From NCBI RefSeq assembly GCF_041464125.1, contig NZ_JBGNUG010000002.1, forward strand, positions 142,596-182,595: DNA of 40,000 nt, in the 5' to 3' direction. The DNA is from Pseudoxanthomonas sp. 10H (lineage in GTDB: Bacteria > Pseudomonadota > Gammaproteobacteria > Xanthomonadales > Xanthomonadaceae). Under the pieces are notes generated by a model. It was given only the letters and a program-made list of their open reading frames with translations. It ran no database searches and was not told where the DNA came from. Numbering within the stretch: the stretch's first letter is position 1; every line of letters begins with the position of its first letter. Below, one piece after another: positions 1 to 10,134 of the stretch. The translations under genes were made by a program, and so were the position numbers.

Positions 1-107
1 ATCCGCGCCTGTCCGCGCATCCGCACGCCGAGGCGACCGCCGCCTACGCCGCCCAGTACCAGCGTTTCCTCTCCCACCTCGACGCGATCCGGCCGCTGTA
101 CGCCTGA
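1..107 (+). CDS. xylB: 3' end of an upstream gene, probably xylulokinase (last ~34 codons only; the gene starts left of the window)
   Basis: Frame 3 is open from the window edge to TGA at 105-107. It reads ...[22 protein letters not shown], which resembles the C-terminal tail of FGGY xylulokinases (E. coli XylB tail recalled from memory). The position directly upstream of xylA fits. The fragment is too short for a firm call. Confidence 0.4.
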   Translation, partial: PRLSAHPHAEATAAYAAQYQRFLSHLDAIRPLYA

Positions 108-153
108 CGCGCCCTCCCAGACCACCCCCCACACTCCCGACGGAAGCACAGAC

Positions 154-1488
154 ATGAGCAGCAAGCCCTTCATCGGCGCCAAGGAATATTTCCCCGGCAT
201 CGGCGCGATCCCCTACGAGGGTCCGAAGTCCGACAACCCGCTGGCCTTCAAGGTCTACGATGCCGACAAGGTGATCGGCGGCAAGACCATGCGCGAGCAC
301 CTGCGCTTCGCGGTCTGCTACTGGCACACCTTCTGCAACGCCGGCGCCGACCCGTTCGGCCCGGGCACCCGCCACTTCCCGTGGGAGCGCGACAACGCGA
401 TGGCCACGGCCGAGGCCAAGGTCGACGCGGCGTTCGAGTTCTTCACCAAGATCGGCGTGCCGTACTACTGCTTCCATGACGTCGACCTGGCGCCGGACGC
501 CGAGGACGTCGGCCAGTACGAGAAGAACCTCAAGCACCTGGTCGGCCTGGCCAAGGAGCGCCAGAAGGCGACCGGCGTCAAGCTGCTGTGGGGCACGGCC
601 AACCTGTTCTCGCACCCGCGCTACATGAACGGTGCCTCCACCAATCCCGACTTCAACGTCGTCGCGCGCGCCGCGGTGCAGGTCAAGTCGGTGCTGGACG
701 CGGTGGTCGAGCTGGACGGCGAGCACTACGTGTTCTGGGGCGGCCGCGAAGGCTACGCCTCGCTGCACAACACCAACATGAAGCGCGAGCTCGAGCACTT
801 CGCCCGCTTCCTGACCGTGGCCCGCGACTACGGCCGCAGCATCGGCTTCAAGGGCCAGTTCTTCATCGAGCCCAAGCCGATGGAGCCGATGAAGCACCAG
901 TACGACTTCGACAGTGCCACCGTGGCCGGCTTCCTGAAGGAGCACGGGCTGGAGAAGGACTTCTCGCTCAATATCGAAGCCAACCACGCCACCCTGTCGG
1001 GCCACACGTTCGAGCACGACCTGCAGGTCGCGGCCGACCACGGCCTGCTGGGCAGCATCGACGCCAACCGCGGCAACGCGCAGAACGGCTGGGACACCGA
1101 CCAGTTCCCGACCGACCTGTACGACACCGTCGGCGCCATGCTGGTGGTGCTGCGCCAGGGCGGCCTGCCGGGCGGCCTGAACTTCGACGCCAAGCCGCGC
1201 CGCGAGTCCACCGACATGGAGGACCTGTTCCTGGCCCACATCGGCGGCATGGACGCGTTCGCCAAGGGCCTGGAAGTGGCGCACGCCCTGCTCAACGACT
1301 CGCCGTGGGAGACCTGGCGCAAGGAGCGTTACGCCAGCTTCGACGGCGGTGCCGGCAAGGACTTCGAACTGGGCAAGCTGTCGCTGGCCGACCTGGCCGC
1401 GCTCGGCGCCAGGAACGGCGAGCCGAAGCAGATCAGCGGCAAGCAGGAACGCTACGAGAACCTGCTCAACCAGTACCTGCTGCGCTGA
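154..1488 (+). CDS. xylA: xylose isomerase (class II)
   Basis: 444-aa ORF. Hallmark motifs are present: [45 protein letters not shown] and [12 protein letters not shown]3 codon bias is strong in this frame. Confidence 0.97.
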   Translation: MSSKPFIGAKEYFPGIGAIPYEGPKSDNPLAFKVYDADKVIGGKTMREHLRFAVCYWHTFCNAGADPFGPGTRHFPWERDNAMATAEAKVDAAFEFFTKIGVPYYCFHDVDLAPDAEDVGQYEKNLKHLVGLAKERQKATGVKLLWGTANLFSHPRYMNGASTNPDFNVVARAAVQVKSVLDAVVELDGEHYVFWGGREGYASLHNTNMKRELEHFARFLTVARDYGRSIGFKGQFFIEPKPMEPMKHQYDFDSATVAGFLKEHGLEKDFSLNIEANHATLSGHTFEHDLQVAADHGLLGSIDANRGNAQNGWDTDQFPTDLYDTVGAMLVVLRQGGLPGGLNFDAKPRRESTDMEDLFLAHIGGMDAFAKGLEVAHALLNDSPWETWRKERYASFDGGAGKDFELGKLSLADLAALGARNGEPKQISGKQERYENLLNQYLLR

Positions 1489-1673
1489 GGCGATACGCCG
1501 CTGCGGCGGCCGGTGCCCGCGTCCGCGCCCGAGGGAGGCGTGCGGGCGCGGGCCGCCACGGCGCCGGAGCGGCGGGTTCCACCCGTACGTGCTTCACCTG
1601 ATCGAGGAGGGGATCGATGGGCGGCGACGCCGTCATCGCGCGCATCGTCATCGGGGCCGGCCGGCCCGCGCGG

Positions 1674-2735
1674 TCAGCCGCGCTTGCCCGGCGTGCCGAC
1701 CGAACCGCGCACCACCAGCCGGTGCGGCACCACCTGGTCGACGAGGACGCGGGTGGTGCGGTCCCGGCGGCGGATGGTGCGCAGCAGGACGTCGATGGCC
1801 GCGTTGGCCATCGAGGCGATCGGCTGGTGGATGGTGGTCAGCTCCGGCCACACCGTGGTCGCCGAGGAACTGTCGTCGAAGCCCACCACCGACAGGTCGC
1901 GGGGAACGTCCAGCCCGCGCCGGTGCGCGACCGAGACCACCGCGGCGGCCATGTCGTCGTTGGAGGCGATGATCGCCGTGGGCGGGCGCTTGTGGGCCAG
2001 GATCTTCTCGCCGGTCTTCAGCCCGGAACGGTAGGTGTAGTCGCCCTGCTGGACCAGCGAGGCGTCGATCGCCAGCCCGGCCTCGAACATCGCGGTCTGG
2101 AAGCCCTCGTAGCGCCGCGCGCTGGCGCTCAGGTCCGGGCGTCCCTTGATGAAGCCGATGCGGGTGTGGCCCTGCGCGATCAGGTATTCGGCCAGTTCCT
2201 TGCCCGCGCGCAGGTCGTCGATGCGCACGCAGGAGATCTCGTCGCTGGAACGGCCCGCGGCAATCGCCACCACCGGCACGTCGGCACGCACGAATTCGCT
2301 GACCGCCGCGTGCGACTCGCACACCGGCGGCGGCAGGATGACCCCGTCCACCTTGCCGGCCATGGCCCGCGCGGCCTTGCGCTCGGCGTCGGCGTCGGCG
2401 TTGTCCCAGTAGTCGATCACCAGCTGGATCGACGTGCGCGAGGCCACGCGCAGCAGGCCGACCAGCATCTCGCGCAGGTAGGCGCCGCTGGGATTGTTGT
2501 AGACCAGGGCGATGCGGGTGTGCTGCGCGGCCGCCAGCGAACTGGCCGCCAGGTTGGGCGTGTAGTCCAGCTCGCGCACCGCCTGCATGACCCGCTCGCG
2601 GGTCGCGTCGCGGACCTTGCCCTGGCCGTTCATCACCCGCGACACGGTCATCGGCGACACGCCGGCGAGCGTGGCGACTTCGTCGATGGTGACGCCGCGG
2701 CTCTTGCGGCGCACCGATTTCCTCGGTTTCTCCAA
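1674..2735 (-). CDS. xylR: LacI-family transcriptional repressor, XylR-type (xylan/xylose regulon)
   Basis: N-terminal [26 protein letters not shown] is followed by a periplasmic-binding-protein-like sugar-binding core (IALVYNNPS..., [16 protein letters not shown]). The stop at 1674-1676 is firm. The start is ambiguous: TTG 2735 (given), GTG 2714 (preceded by GAGGA) or ATG 2816. The 574-aa track ORF extension upstream is rejected. Confidence 0.85.
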   Translation of the reverse strand: MEKPRKSVRRKSRGVTIDEVATLAGVSPMTVSRVMNGQGKVRDATRERVMQAVRELDYTPNLAASSLAAAQHTRIALVYNNPSGAYLREMLVGLLRVASRTSIQLVIDYWDNADADAERKAARAMAGKVDGVILPPPVCESHAAVSEFVRADVPVVAIAAGRSSDEISCVRIDDLRAGKELAEYLIAQGHTRIGFIKGRPDLSASARRYEGFQTAMFEAGLAIDASLVQQGDYTYRSGLKTGEKILAHKRPPTAIIASNDDMAAAVVSVAHRRGLDVPRDLSVVGFDDSSSATTVWPELTTIHQPIASMANAAIDVLLRTIRRRDRTTRVLVDQVVPHRLVVRGSVGTPGKRG

Positions 2736-2843
2736 CGTGGGTCCCTTCGGTCGGTCGGCGGCAACGGGGGCCGGGTCGCCGCGGCCTGCGCCACGACCGG
2801 GCCGATGGATCCCCATCCCGTACCCGTACTCCGGAGGTTTTGA

Positions 2844-2857
2844 TGGTATCGCTAACA
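2844..2857. promoter_or_regulatory. imperfect XylR-box-like operator (TGGTATCGCTAACA) in the xylR / GH67 divergent promoter
   Basis: It matches the perfect palindrome TGGTAGCGCTACCA (found at 37161-37174 in this window) at 12 of 14 positions. It lies between the divergent xylR and aguA starts. Confidence 0.5.
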
Positions 2858-2881
2858 GGTAGGACTGGCGAACAGGGTCGC

Positions 2882-5062
2882 ATGCATGCGGCGGGGCGCC
2901 GCATCCGGCGGGGCCTGCGCCTGGCCGCCTGCTGGCTGGCGGCGCTGCTGCCCGCCGGCCCCGTGCTGGCCGAGGACGGCCATGACCTGTGGCTGCGCTA
3001 CGTGCCGGTGCAGGAAGAGCGCGCCGCCGACTACCGCGCCCGCGCCACCGAACTGGTGGTCGCCTCGGCGACCCCGACCGGCCAGGCCACCCGCGAGGAA
3101 CTGGTGCGCGGCCTGCGTGGCCTGCTCGGCACCGCGCCGGCGCTGGCCGCCCGCGCCGGCCGCGATGGCGCCGTGGTCGTGGGCACGCCGGCCGGTTCGC
3201 CGCAGCTGGCGGCGCTGGCACCGGACCTGGCCGCGCTGGGCGAGGAGGGTTACCTGATCCGCAGCCTGCCCATCGGCGGACGCAAGGCCACGGTGGTGGC
3301 CGCCAACACCGATCGCGGGGCGTTGTACGGCGCGTTCCACTTCCTGCGCCTGATCCAGACCGGCCAGCCGCTGCACGCGCTGGACATCCGCCAGGCACCG
3401 AAGACGAAGGTGCGCGTGCTCAACCACTGGGACAACCTGGACCGCTACGTCGAGCGCGGCTACGCCGGCGAGTCGATCTGGGACTGGCACCGGCTGCCGG
3501 GCTGGAAGGACCCGCGCTACACCGGTTACGCGCGTGCCAACGCCTCGATCGGCATCAACGGCACGGTGCTGAACAACGTCAACACCAGCGCGCAGATGCT
3601 CACGCCGATGTACCTGGAGAAGGCGGCGGCGCTGGCCGGCGTGTTCCGCCCGTACGGCATCAAGGTCTACCTGAGCGCGCGCTTCAGCGCACCGATCGAG
3701 ATCGGCGGGCTGAAGACCGCCGACCCGCTCGACCCGGCGGTGCGCCGCTGGTGGAAGGCCAAGGCCGACGAGGTCTACCGCACCATCCCCGACTTCGGCG
3801 GCTTCCTGGTCAAGGCCAACTCCGAGGGCCAGCCCGGGCCGCAGGATTACGGCCGCTCGCACGCCGACGGCGCCAACATGCTGGCCGAGGCGCTGGCCCC
3901 GCATGGCGGCATCGTGATGTGGCGCGCGTTCGTCTATTCGCACGAGGAGCCCGACGACCGCGCCAAGCAGGCCTACACCGAGTTCGTGCCCTACGACGGC
4001 ACGTTCGCCCCGAACGTGCTGGTCCAGGTCAAGAACGGCGCGATCGACTTCCAGCCGCGCGAGCCGTTCCATCCGCTGTTCGGCGCGATGCCGAAGACGC
4101 CGCTGATGATGGAGTTCCAGATCACCAAGGAGTACCTCGGCTTCGCCACCCACCTGGCCTACCTGGCGCCGCTGTACGAGGAGGCGCTGCGCGCCGACAC
4201 GCAGGTGCGCGGGCCGGGTTCGACCGTGGCCAAGGTGGTGGACGGCTCGCTGGAAGGGCATGCGCTGACCGGCATGGCCGGCGTGGCCAACATCGGCAGC
4301 GACCGCAACTGGAGCGGCTCGCACTTCGACCAGGCCAACTGGTTCGCCTTCGGTCGACTGGCCTGGGACCCGTACCTGGAATCGGAAGCCATCGCCCGCG
4401 AGTGGGTGAAGATGACGTTCTCCACCGATCCGGCGGTGGTCGATCCGGTGGTGGCGATGATGATGGGCTCGCGCGAGGCGGTGGTCGACTACATGACCCC
4501 GCTCGGCCTGCACCACCTGATGGGCCGTGGCCACCATTACGGCCCGGCGCCGTGGGTCAGCGGCGGCCCGCGCGCGGACTGGACCTCGGTCTACTACCAC
4601 CGCGCCGACGCGAAGGGCATTGGCTTTGACCGCAGCGCGACCGGCAGCAATGCCGTGGCCCAGTACGCCGCGCCGGTGGCCGCGCAGTTCGGCGACCTGG
4701 CCACCGTGCCGGAGGAGTTCCTGCTGTGGTTCCACCACGTGCCGTGGGACCACCGCATGGCCTCGGGCCGCACGCTGTGGGACGAGCTGGTGCACCGCTA
4801 CGGCCGCGGCGTCGACTACGTGCGCGGCATGCGCACGACCTGGGACGGGCTGGCCGGCAAGGTCGACGCCGAACGGCACGCGCAGGTCGCCGCGTTCCTG
4901 GCGATCCAGGAGCAGGAGGCGCAATGGTGGCGCGACGCATCCATCGCCTATTTCCAGACGTTCTCGAAGCGGCCGCTGCCGGCCGGCGAAGCCGCGCCGC
5001 CGCACGACCTCGCGTACTACCAGTCGCTGCAGTTCCCGTTCGCGCCGGGAGACGGCAAGTGA
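2882..5062 (+). CDS. aguA: GH67 alpha-glucuronidase, secreted
   Basis: The ATG at 2882 gives a signal-like N-terminus ([22 protein letters not shown]), then [10 protein letters not shown]. Length is ~726 aa. Conserved blocks include [31 protein letters not shown] and [10 protein letters not shown], typical of GH67 as I recall the family. The track start at 2840 (TTG) is less likely. Confidence 0.88.
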   Translation: MHAAGRRIRRGLRLAACWLAALLPAGPVLAEDGHDLWLRYVPVQEERAADYRARATELVVASATPTGQATREELVRGLRGLLGTAPALAARAGRDGAVVVGTPAGSPQLAALAPDLAALGEEGYLIRSLPIGGRKATVVAANTDRGALYGAFHFLRLIQTGQPLHALDIRQAPKTKVRVLNHWDNLDRYVERGYAGESIWDWHRLPGWKDPRYTGYARANASIGINGTVLNNVNTSAQMLTPMYLEKAAALAGVFRPYGIKVYLSARFSAPIEIGGLKTADPLDPAVRRWWKAKADEVYRTIPDFGGFLVKANSEGQPGPQDYGRSHADGANMLAEALAPHGGIVMWRAFVYSHEEPDDRAKQAYTEFVPYDGTFAPNVLVQVKNGAIDFQPREPFHPLFGAMPKTPLMMEFQITKEYLGFATHLAYLAPLYEEALRADTQVRGPGSTVAKVVDGSLEGHALTGMAGVANIGSDRNWSGSHFDQANWFAFGRLAWDPYLESEAIAREWVKMTFSTDPAVVDPVVAMMMGSREAVVDYMTPLGLHHLMGRGHHYGPAPWVSGGPRADWTSVYYHRADAKGIGFDRSATGSNAVAQYAAPVAAQFGDLATVPEEFLLWFHHVPWDHRMASGRTLWDELVHRYGRGVDYVRGMRTTWDGLAGKVDAERHAQVAAFLAIQEQEAQWWRDASIAYFQTFSKRPLPAGEAAPPHDLAYYQSLQFPFAPGDGK

Positions 5063-7086
5063 GGGCGGTCGTCGAAGCGGGCGCGCGCCGCGCGCGCTGC
5101 CTGGCGGCGGCGGGGCTCGTCCTGGTGGCGGTGATGGCCGCCACTCCGGCGGCGCGCGCCGACGACGCGCCGGCGCCGCTGCTGCACGCCCTGTTCCAGG
5201 ACCATGCGGTGCTGCAGCGTGGCCAGCCGGTGCGGGTCTGGGGCCAGGCACGACCCGGCCAGGAAGTGAAGGTCGAGCTGGCGGGGAAGCGCGTGCGTGC
5301 CCGTGCCGGCGAGGACGGCCGCTGGGACGCGCAGCTGCCGGCGATGAAGGCCGGCGGCCCGTACACGCTGACCGCCACGGCGGGCGAGGCCAGGCAGTCG
5401 GTCGCCGACGTGCTGGTCGGCGATGTCTGGTTGTGCTCGGGCCAGTCGAACATGGAACTGCAGGTGTGGCGCACGCTGGACGCGCGCGCCGAGATCGCCG
5501 GCGCCGGCAATGACCGCATCCGCCTGCTGACGGTGCCGCAGTCGGGCAATGCGCGGCCGCAGGCCACGTTTTCCAGCCCGGTGCGGTGGCAGCCGGTGAA
5601 TCCGGACTCGGTGCGCGACTTCTCCGCCGCCTGCTACTACTTCGCGCGCGAACTGCAGAAGACCGTCGACGTGCCGATGGGCCTGGTCAACGCGGCCTGG
5701 GGCGGTTCGCGCATCCAGGCCTGGACCAGCGCGCCCGCCCTGCGCACCGCCGGCGGGTACGACGCCGAGCTGGACGTGCTCGCGCGCTACGCCGTCGATC
5801 CGGTCGCCGCGCTCGGCGACTGGGGCGCGCTGTGGCAGGGCTGGTGGTCCGGACGCCCGGGCGTGGCCGGCGGCGACGAACCCTGGAACGCGCATGGCGT
5901 GCCGGGCGGCGACTGGCGCACGGCGCCGGCGCAACTGGGCGCGTGGGAACGCTGGGGCGTACCGGAGCTGGCCGACTTCAATGGCATGGTCTGGTACCGC
6001 ACCACGGTCGAGCTGACCGCCGCGCAGGCGGCGCAGGACGCGGTGCTGGCGCTGGGCCCGGCCGACGAGATCGACATGACCTGGGTGAACGGCCGCGCGG
6101 TCGGCAGCACCTACGGCGCCGGCCCGGGCCGCGAGTACCGGCTGCCACCGGGCCTGCTGCGCCCGGGCGCGAACACGGTGGTGGTCAACGTGCTCGACAC
6201 CTACCGCGACGGCGGCCTCGGCGGGCCCGGTTCGGCGCACGTGCTGCACTTCGCCGACGGCGGCAAGGCGCCGCTGGACGGCCAGTGGCACTACCGGGTC
6301 GTCCCGCCGGAAGCCGGCACGCCGCCGCGCGCGCCGTGGCAGACCGCCGCCGGCCTGTCGACGCTGCACAACGGCATGATCGCGCCGCTTGGTCGCTACG
6401 GCCTGCGCGGCGCGCTCTGGTACCAGGGCGAATCGAACACCTTCGAACACGAGCGCTACGCCGACCTGCTGCGCACGTTGCGCCAGGACTGGCGCGCGCA
6501 GTTCGGCGCCGGCCTGCCGCTGCTGGTGGTGCAGCTGCCCAATTACGGCACGCCGGCGAGCAAGCCGGGCGAGAGCGACTGGGCGTCGATGCGCGCGGCC
6601 CAGCGCCAGGTCGCCGCCGAGGACCCGCGCACCGGCCTGGTGGTGGCGATCGACCTGGGCGACCGCTACGACATCCACCCGAGCAACAAGCAGGAGCTGG
6701 GCCGGCGCCTGGCCCGGGCCGCGCGCCATGTGGTGTACGGCGAGGCGCTTCCTGCCGCAGGTCCGGTGCCGCGATCGGCCAGCCGCAATGGCGACGCGGT
6801 CGTGGTCGAGTTCGGCGACGTCACCGACGGCCTGGTCGCCTATGGTGCCGACGGCCCGATCGGCTTCGAGCTGTGCGGCCCGGACAAGGGCTCCTGCCGC
6901 TATGCCGACGCCCGGATCTGGAACCACCGCGTGACCCTGCGCACGCCCGAGGCGCACGCCGCCACCCGCATCCGCTACTGCTGGGCCGACAGCCCGGTGT
7001 GCACCCTGTTCGACGGCGCCGGCCTGCCGGCCGGTCCGTTCGAGCTTTCCCTTTCCCCCATGCCCCACGACGACCACGCCCGATGA
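5059..7086 (+). CDS. SASA/DUF303-type carbohydrate O-acetylesterase (sialate O-acetylesterase-like; probable acetyl-xylan esterase)
   Basis: The GTG at 5059 overlaps the aguA stop (GTGA). A signal peptide ([19 protein letters not shown]) is present. The catalytic block [11 protein letters not shown] and the later WYQGESN are characteristic of this esterase family. Length is ~675 aa. Confidence 0.85.
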   Translation: MRAVVEAGARRARCLAAAGLVLVAVMAATPAARADDAPAPLLHALFQDHAVLQRGQPVRVWGQARPGQEVKVELAGKRVRARAGEDGRWDAQLPAMKAGGPYTLTATAGEARQSVADVLVGDVWLCSGQSNMELQVWRTLDARAEIAGAGNDRIRLLTVPQSGNARPQATFSSPVRWQPVNPDSVRDFSAACYYFARELQKTVDVPMGLVNAAWGGSRIQAWTSAPALRTAGGYDAELDVLARYAVDPVAALGDWGALWQGWWSGRPGVAGGDEPWNAHGVPGGDWRTAPAQLGAWERWGVPELADFNGMVWYRTTVELTAAQAAQDAVLALGPADEIDMTWVNGRAVGSTYGAGPGREYRLPPGLLRPGANTVVVNVLDTYRDGGLGGPGSAHVLHFADGGKAPLDGQWHYRVVPPEAGTPPRAPWQTAAGLSTLHNGMIAPLGRYGLRGALWYQGESNTFEHERYADLLRTLRQDWRAQFGAGLPLLVVQLPNYGTPASKPGESDWASMRAAQRQVAAEDPRTGLVVAIDLGDRYDIHPSNKQELGRRLARAARHVVYGEALPAAGPVPRSASRNGDAVVVEFGDVTDGLVAYGADGPIGFELCGPDKGSCRYADARIWNHRVTLRTPEAHAATRIRYCWADSPVCTLFDGAGLPAGPFELSLSPMPHDDHAR

Positions 7087-8339
7087 GCACGACCGCCCCC
7101 ACCGAAACCACCACGCACGGCTCGAAGAATGACCGCGAGATCGTCGATGCCAAAGTCATCGTCACCTGCCCGGGCCGCAACTTCGTCACCCTGAAGATCA
7201 CCACCCGCTCGGGCGTGTACGGCCTGGGCGACGCGACCCTCAACGGCCGCGAGCTGGCCGTGGCCTCGTACCTGCAGGACCACGTGGTGCCGAACCTGAT
7301 CGGCCGCGACGCCGGCCGGATCGAGGACATGTGGCAGTTCCTGCACCGCGGCGCCTACTGGCGGCGCGGCCCGGTGACGATGAGCGCCATCGCCGCGGTC
7401 GACGTCGCGCTGTGGGACATCCTCGGCAAGATGGCCAACCTGCCGGTCTACCAGCTGCTCGGCGGCCGCTCGCGCGAAGGCGCGCTGGTCTACGGCCACG
7501 CCAACGGCCGCGACATCGCCGAGGCGTCCGACGCGGTCGGCAGGTTCATCGAGCAGGGCTTCCTGGCGGTGCGCGCGCAGTGCGGCGTGCCGGGTGTGAA
7601 GAAGGCCTACGGCATCTCCAACGCCAAGGGCTACGAGCCGGCCGAGAGCGAACTGCCGCTGGAGACGGTGTGGAACACGCCGCGCTACCTGGAGGTGGTG
7701 CCGCAGCTGTTCGAGCAGCTGCGCAAGGACCACGGCAACCACGTCGAGCTGCTGCACGACGTGCACCACCGCCTGACCCCCATCGAGGCCGCGCGCCTGG
7801 CCCGCGACCTGGAGCCGTACCGCCTGTTCTGGCTGGAGGACTCCACCCCGGCCGAGAACCAGAAGTCGTTCGAGCTGATCCGCAAGCACTCGGTCACCGC
7901 GCTGGCGGTGGGCGAGGTGTTCAACTCGATCTGGGACTGCAAGCACCTGATCGAGAACCAGCTGATCGACTACATCCGCACGACCATCGTCCATGGCGGC
8001 GGCATCACCCACGTGCGCCGGCTGGCCGACTTCGCCGCGCTGCACTCGGTGCGCACCGGCTTCCACGGCGCCACCGACCTGTCGCCGGTGACCATGGGCG
8101 CGGCGCTGCACTTCGACACCTGGGTGCCGAACTTCGGCATCCAGGAATACATGTTCCACACCGAGGAAACCGACGCGGTGTTCCCGCACGACTACGTCCT
8201 GCGCGCCGGCCGGCTGCATGTGGGCGACACGCCGGGCATTGGCGTGGACATCGACGAGAAGCTGGCGGCGAAGTACCCGTACGCGCCCAAGCAGCTGCCG
8301 GTCGCGCGGCTGGAAGACGGCTCGATGTGGGACTGGTGA
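7083..8339 (+). CDS. manD: D-mannonate dehydratase of the enolase superfamily (ManD/RspA subgroup)
   Basis: The ATG overlaps the upstream stop (ATGA). The sequence [44 protein letters not shown]...[28 protein letters not shown]...YQLLGGRSR closely follows ManD sequences I recall (Novosphingobium and Caulobacter types). Length is 418 aa. Confidence 0.9.
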   Translation: MSTTAPTETTTHGSKNDREIVDAKVIVTCPGRNFVTLKITTRSGVYGLGDATLNGRELAVASYLQDHVVPNLIGRDAGRIEDMWQFLHRGAYWRRGPVTMSAIAAVDVALWDILGKMANLPVYQLLGGRSREGALVYGHANGRDIAEASDAVGRFIEQGFLAVRAQCGVPGVKKAYGISNAKGYEPAESELPLETVWNTPRYLEVVPQLFEQLRKDHGNHVELLHDVHHRLTPIEAARLARDLEPYRLFWLEDSTPAENQKSFELIRKHSVTALAVGEVFNSIWDCKHLIENQLIDYIRTTIVHGGGITHVRRLADFAALHSVRTGFHGATDLSPVTMGAALHFDTWVPNFGIQEYMFHTEETDAVFPHDYVLRAGRLHVGDTPGIGVDIDEKLAAKYPYAPKQLPVARLEDGSMWDW

Positions 8340-8381
8340 GCACCAGCGCCGAAGCGATCGCATAACAGGAGGAACAGGCCG

Positions 8382-10091
8382 ATGGGGAAGGGCGGGTCGA
8401 TCAGGAACAGGTGGCGCGGGCTGGCGCTCGCGCTGGCCGCGTGCGCCCCGGTGGCGCACGCCGCCGGCGGCGCGGCGGCGCCGGCGGTCTTCGACTGGTT
8501 CGAGTACACCGGCCGCGACGCCGCGTTCGAAGCGCCGCTGCCGGCCGGCCACTACCGCAACCCGGTGCTGGCCGGCTTCCATGCCGACCCGAGCGTGACG
8601 GTGGGGCCGGACGGGACGTTCTACCTGGTCAACTCCAGCTTCACCTTCTTCCCCGGCGTGCCGGTGTTCAAGAGCACCGACCTGGTCCACTGGACCCAGG
8701 TCGGCAACGCCATCGAGCGGCCGGACACGCTGGACTTCGACGGCCTGGGCGTGTCGCGCGGCATCTTCGCCCCGGCGATCCAGTACCACGACGGCCTGTT
8801 CTACGTGGTCACCACCGCGGTGGACAGCGGCGGCAACTTCTTCGTCACCGCGAAGGACCCGGCCGGCCCCTGGTCCGAGCCGGTCTGGCTGCCGGGCATC
8901 GGCGGCATCGACCCGTCGCTGTTCTTCGACGAGGACGGCAAGGCCTACATCGTCAACAACGACGCGCCGGCCGGCACCCCGCGCTACGACGGCCACCGCG
9001 CGATCTGGATGCAGCAGATCGACGTCGCGGCAGGCAAGCCGGTGGGGCCGCGCAAGGTCCTGATCGACGGCGGGGTGAAGCCCGAAGAGAACCCGATCTG
9101 GATCGAAGGCCCGCACGTCTACAAGATCGACGGCTGGTACTACCTGTCCGATGCCGAGGGCGGCACCGGCCCGCAGCACTCGCAGGTGGTGCTGCGCAGC
9201 CGGAACGTATGGGGGCCGTACGTGCCCTACGAACGCAATCCGATCCTGACCCAGCGCGACCTGCCCGACGACCGCGCGCTGCCGGTGACCAACGCCGGCC
9301 ACGCCGACCTGGTGCAGGGGCCGGACGGCAGCTGGTGGGCGGTGTTCCTGGCCAGCCGCAACTACGACGTGCGCCACTACAACACCGGCCGCGAGACCTG
9401 GCTGCTGCCGGTGACGTGGAAGGACGGCTGGCCGGTGATCCTCGATCCCGGCCAGGCGATCCCCTACGTGGCCAAGGCGCCGTCGTTCATGCGCGGCGAC
9501 GCCTCGCAGGCGCCGAACACCGGCAACTTCACCTGGCGCGACGAGTTCGACGCGCCGGCGCAGCGCCGCGAATGGCTGTCGGTGCGCGTGCCCAGGCACG
9601 CCTGGGCCGACTTCACCGCCACGCCGGGCGCGCTGTCGATCCACCCGCGGCGCGAAGGCCTGGACACGCTCGGCAATCCCTCGTTCCTGGCCCGCCGCCA
9701 GCAGCACCTGGTGTTCGAGGCCAGCACCGCGCTGGCGCGGCCCGAGCGCGGCATCGCCGCCGGCCTGGCCGCGTTCCAGAACGAGAAGTACTGGTACTTC
9801 CTCGGCGTGCGCCGCGCCGGCGACGACGGCACCGAGGTGTTCCTGGAGAAGCGCGCGGGCGAGGGTCCGTCGGAGATCGTCGCCATGCGCGCGGCCGGTC
9901 CGGCGCAGGCACTGAAGCTGAAGGTCAGCGGCGAGGAGGGCGACTACGGCTTCGCGTACGACGCCGGCGACGGCCGCGGCTGGCAATGGCTGGCCCGCGA
10001 CCAGGACGGCACCGTGCTGAGCACCGAGACCGCCGGCGGTTTCGTCGGCGCCATGGTCGGCCCGTACGCGCGCGACGAACGCGCACCGTGA
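8382..10091 (+). CDS. GH43 beta-xylosidase / alpha-L-arabinofuranosidase with C-terminal beta-sandwich domain, secreted
   Basis: An AGGAGG RBS precedes the ATG and a signal peptide is present. GH43 blocks are NPVLAGFHADPSV, FAPAIQYHDGLFYV, IDPSLFFDEDGKAYIV and IEGPHVYKIDGWYYL. Length is 569 aa. Confidence 0.92.
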   Translation: MGKGGSIRNRWRGLALALAACAPVAHAAGGAAAPAVFDWFEYTGRDAAFEAPLPAGHYRNPVLAGFHADPSVTVGPDGTFYLVNSSFTFFPGVPVFKSTDLVHWTQVGNAIERPDTLDFDGLGVSRGIFAPAIQYHDGLFYVVTTAVDSGGNFFVTAKDPAGPWSEPVWLPGIGGIDPSLFFDEDGKAYIVNNDAPAGTPRYDGHRAIWMQQIDVAAGKPVGPRKVLIDGGVKPEENPIWIEGPHVYKIDGWYYLSDAEGGTGPQHSQVVLRSRNVWGPYVPYERNPILTQRDLPDDRALPVTNAGHADLVQGPDGSWWAVFLASRNYDVRHYNTGRETWLLPVTWKDGWPVILDPGQAIPYVAKAPSFMRGDASQAPNTGNFTWRDEFDAPAQRREWLSVRVPRHAWADFTATPGALSIHPRREGLDTLGNPSFLARRQQHLVFEASTALARPERGIAAGLAAFQNEKYWYFLGVRRAGDDGTEVFLEKRAGEGPSEIVAMRAAGPAQALKLKVSGEEGDYGFAYDAGDGRGWQWLARDQDGTVLSTETAGGFVGAMVGPYARDERAP

Positions 10092-10134
10092 CACCGCACG
10101 AATGACGATGACGAACTCCAGGGAGGCAGGGCCC

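Noticed and set aside
1654-1667. GC-only palindromes just past stop codons considered as intrinsic terminators: GGGCCGGCCGGCCC at 1654-1667 after xylR; CCTCCGG-N7-CCGGAGG at 14651-14671 after uxuB; the perfect 20-bp palindrome CGCGTGCCCGCGGGCACGCG at 35582-35601 after the MFS gene
   Set aside because: None is followed by a U/T-rich tract on the relevant strand, so I do not call them canonical rho-independent terminators. They may still act as RNA-stabilising or attenuating hairpins, but that cannot be judged from sequence alone.
2736-3398. N-terminal extension of the LacI-family ORF to 574 aa
   Set aside because: The extension precedes the HTH by more than 200 residues, is low-complexity, and overlaps the divergent promoter and the 5' end of the GH67 gene. 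LacI-family proteins begin a few residues before the HTH.
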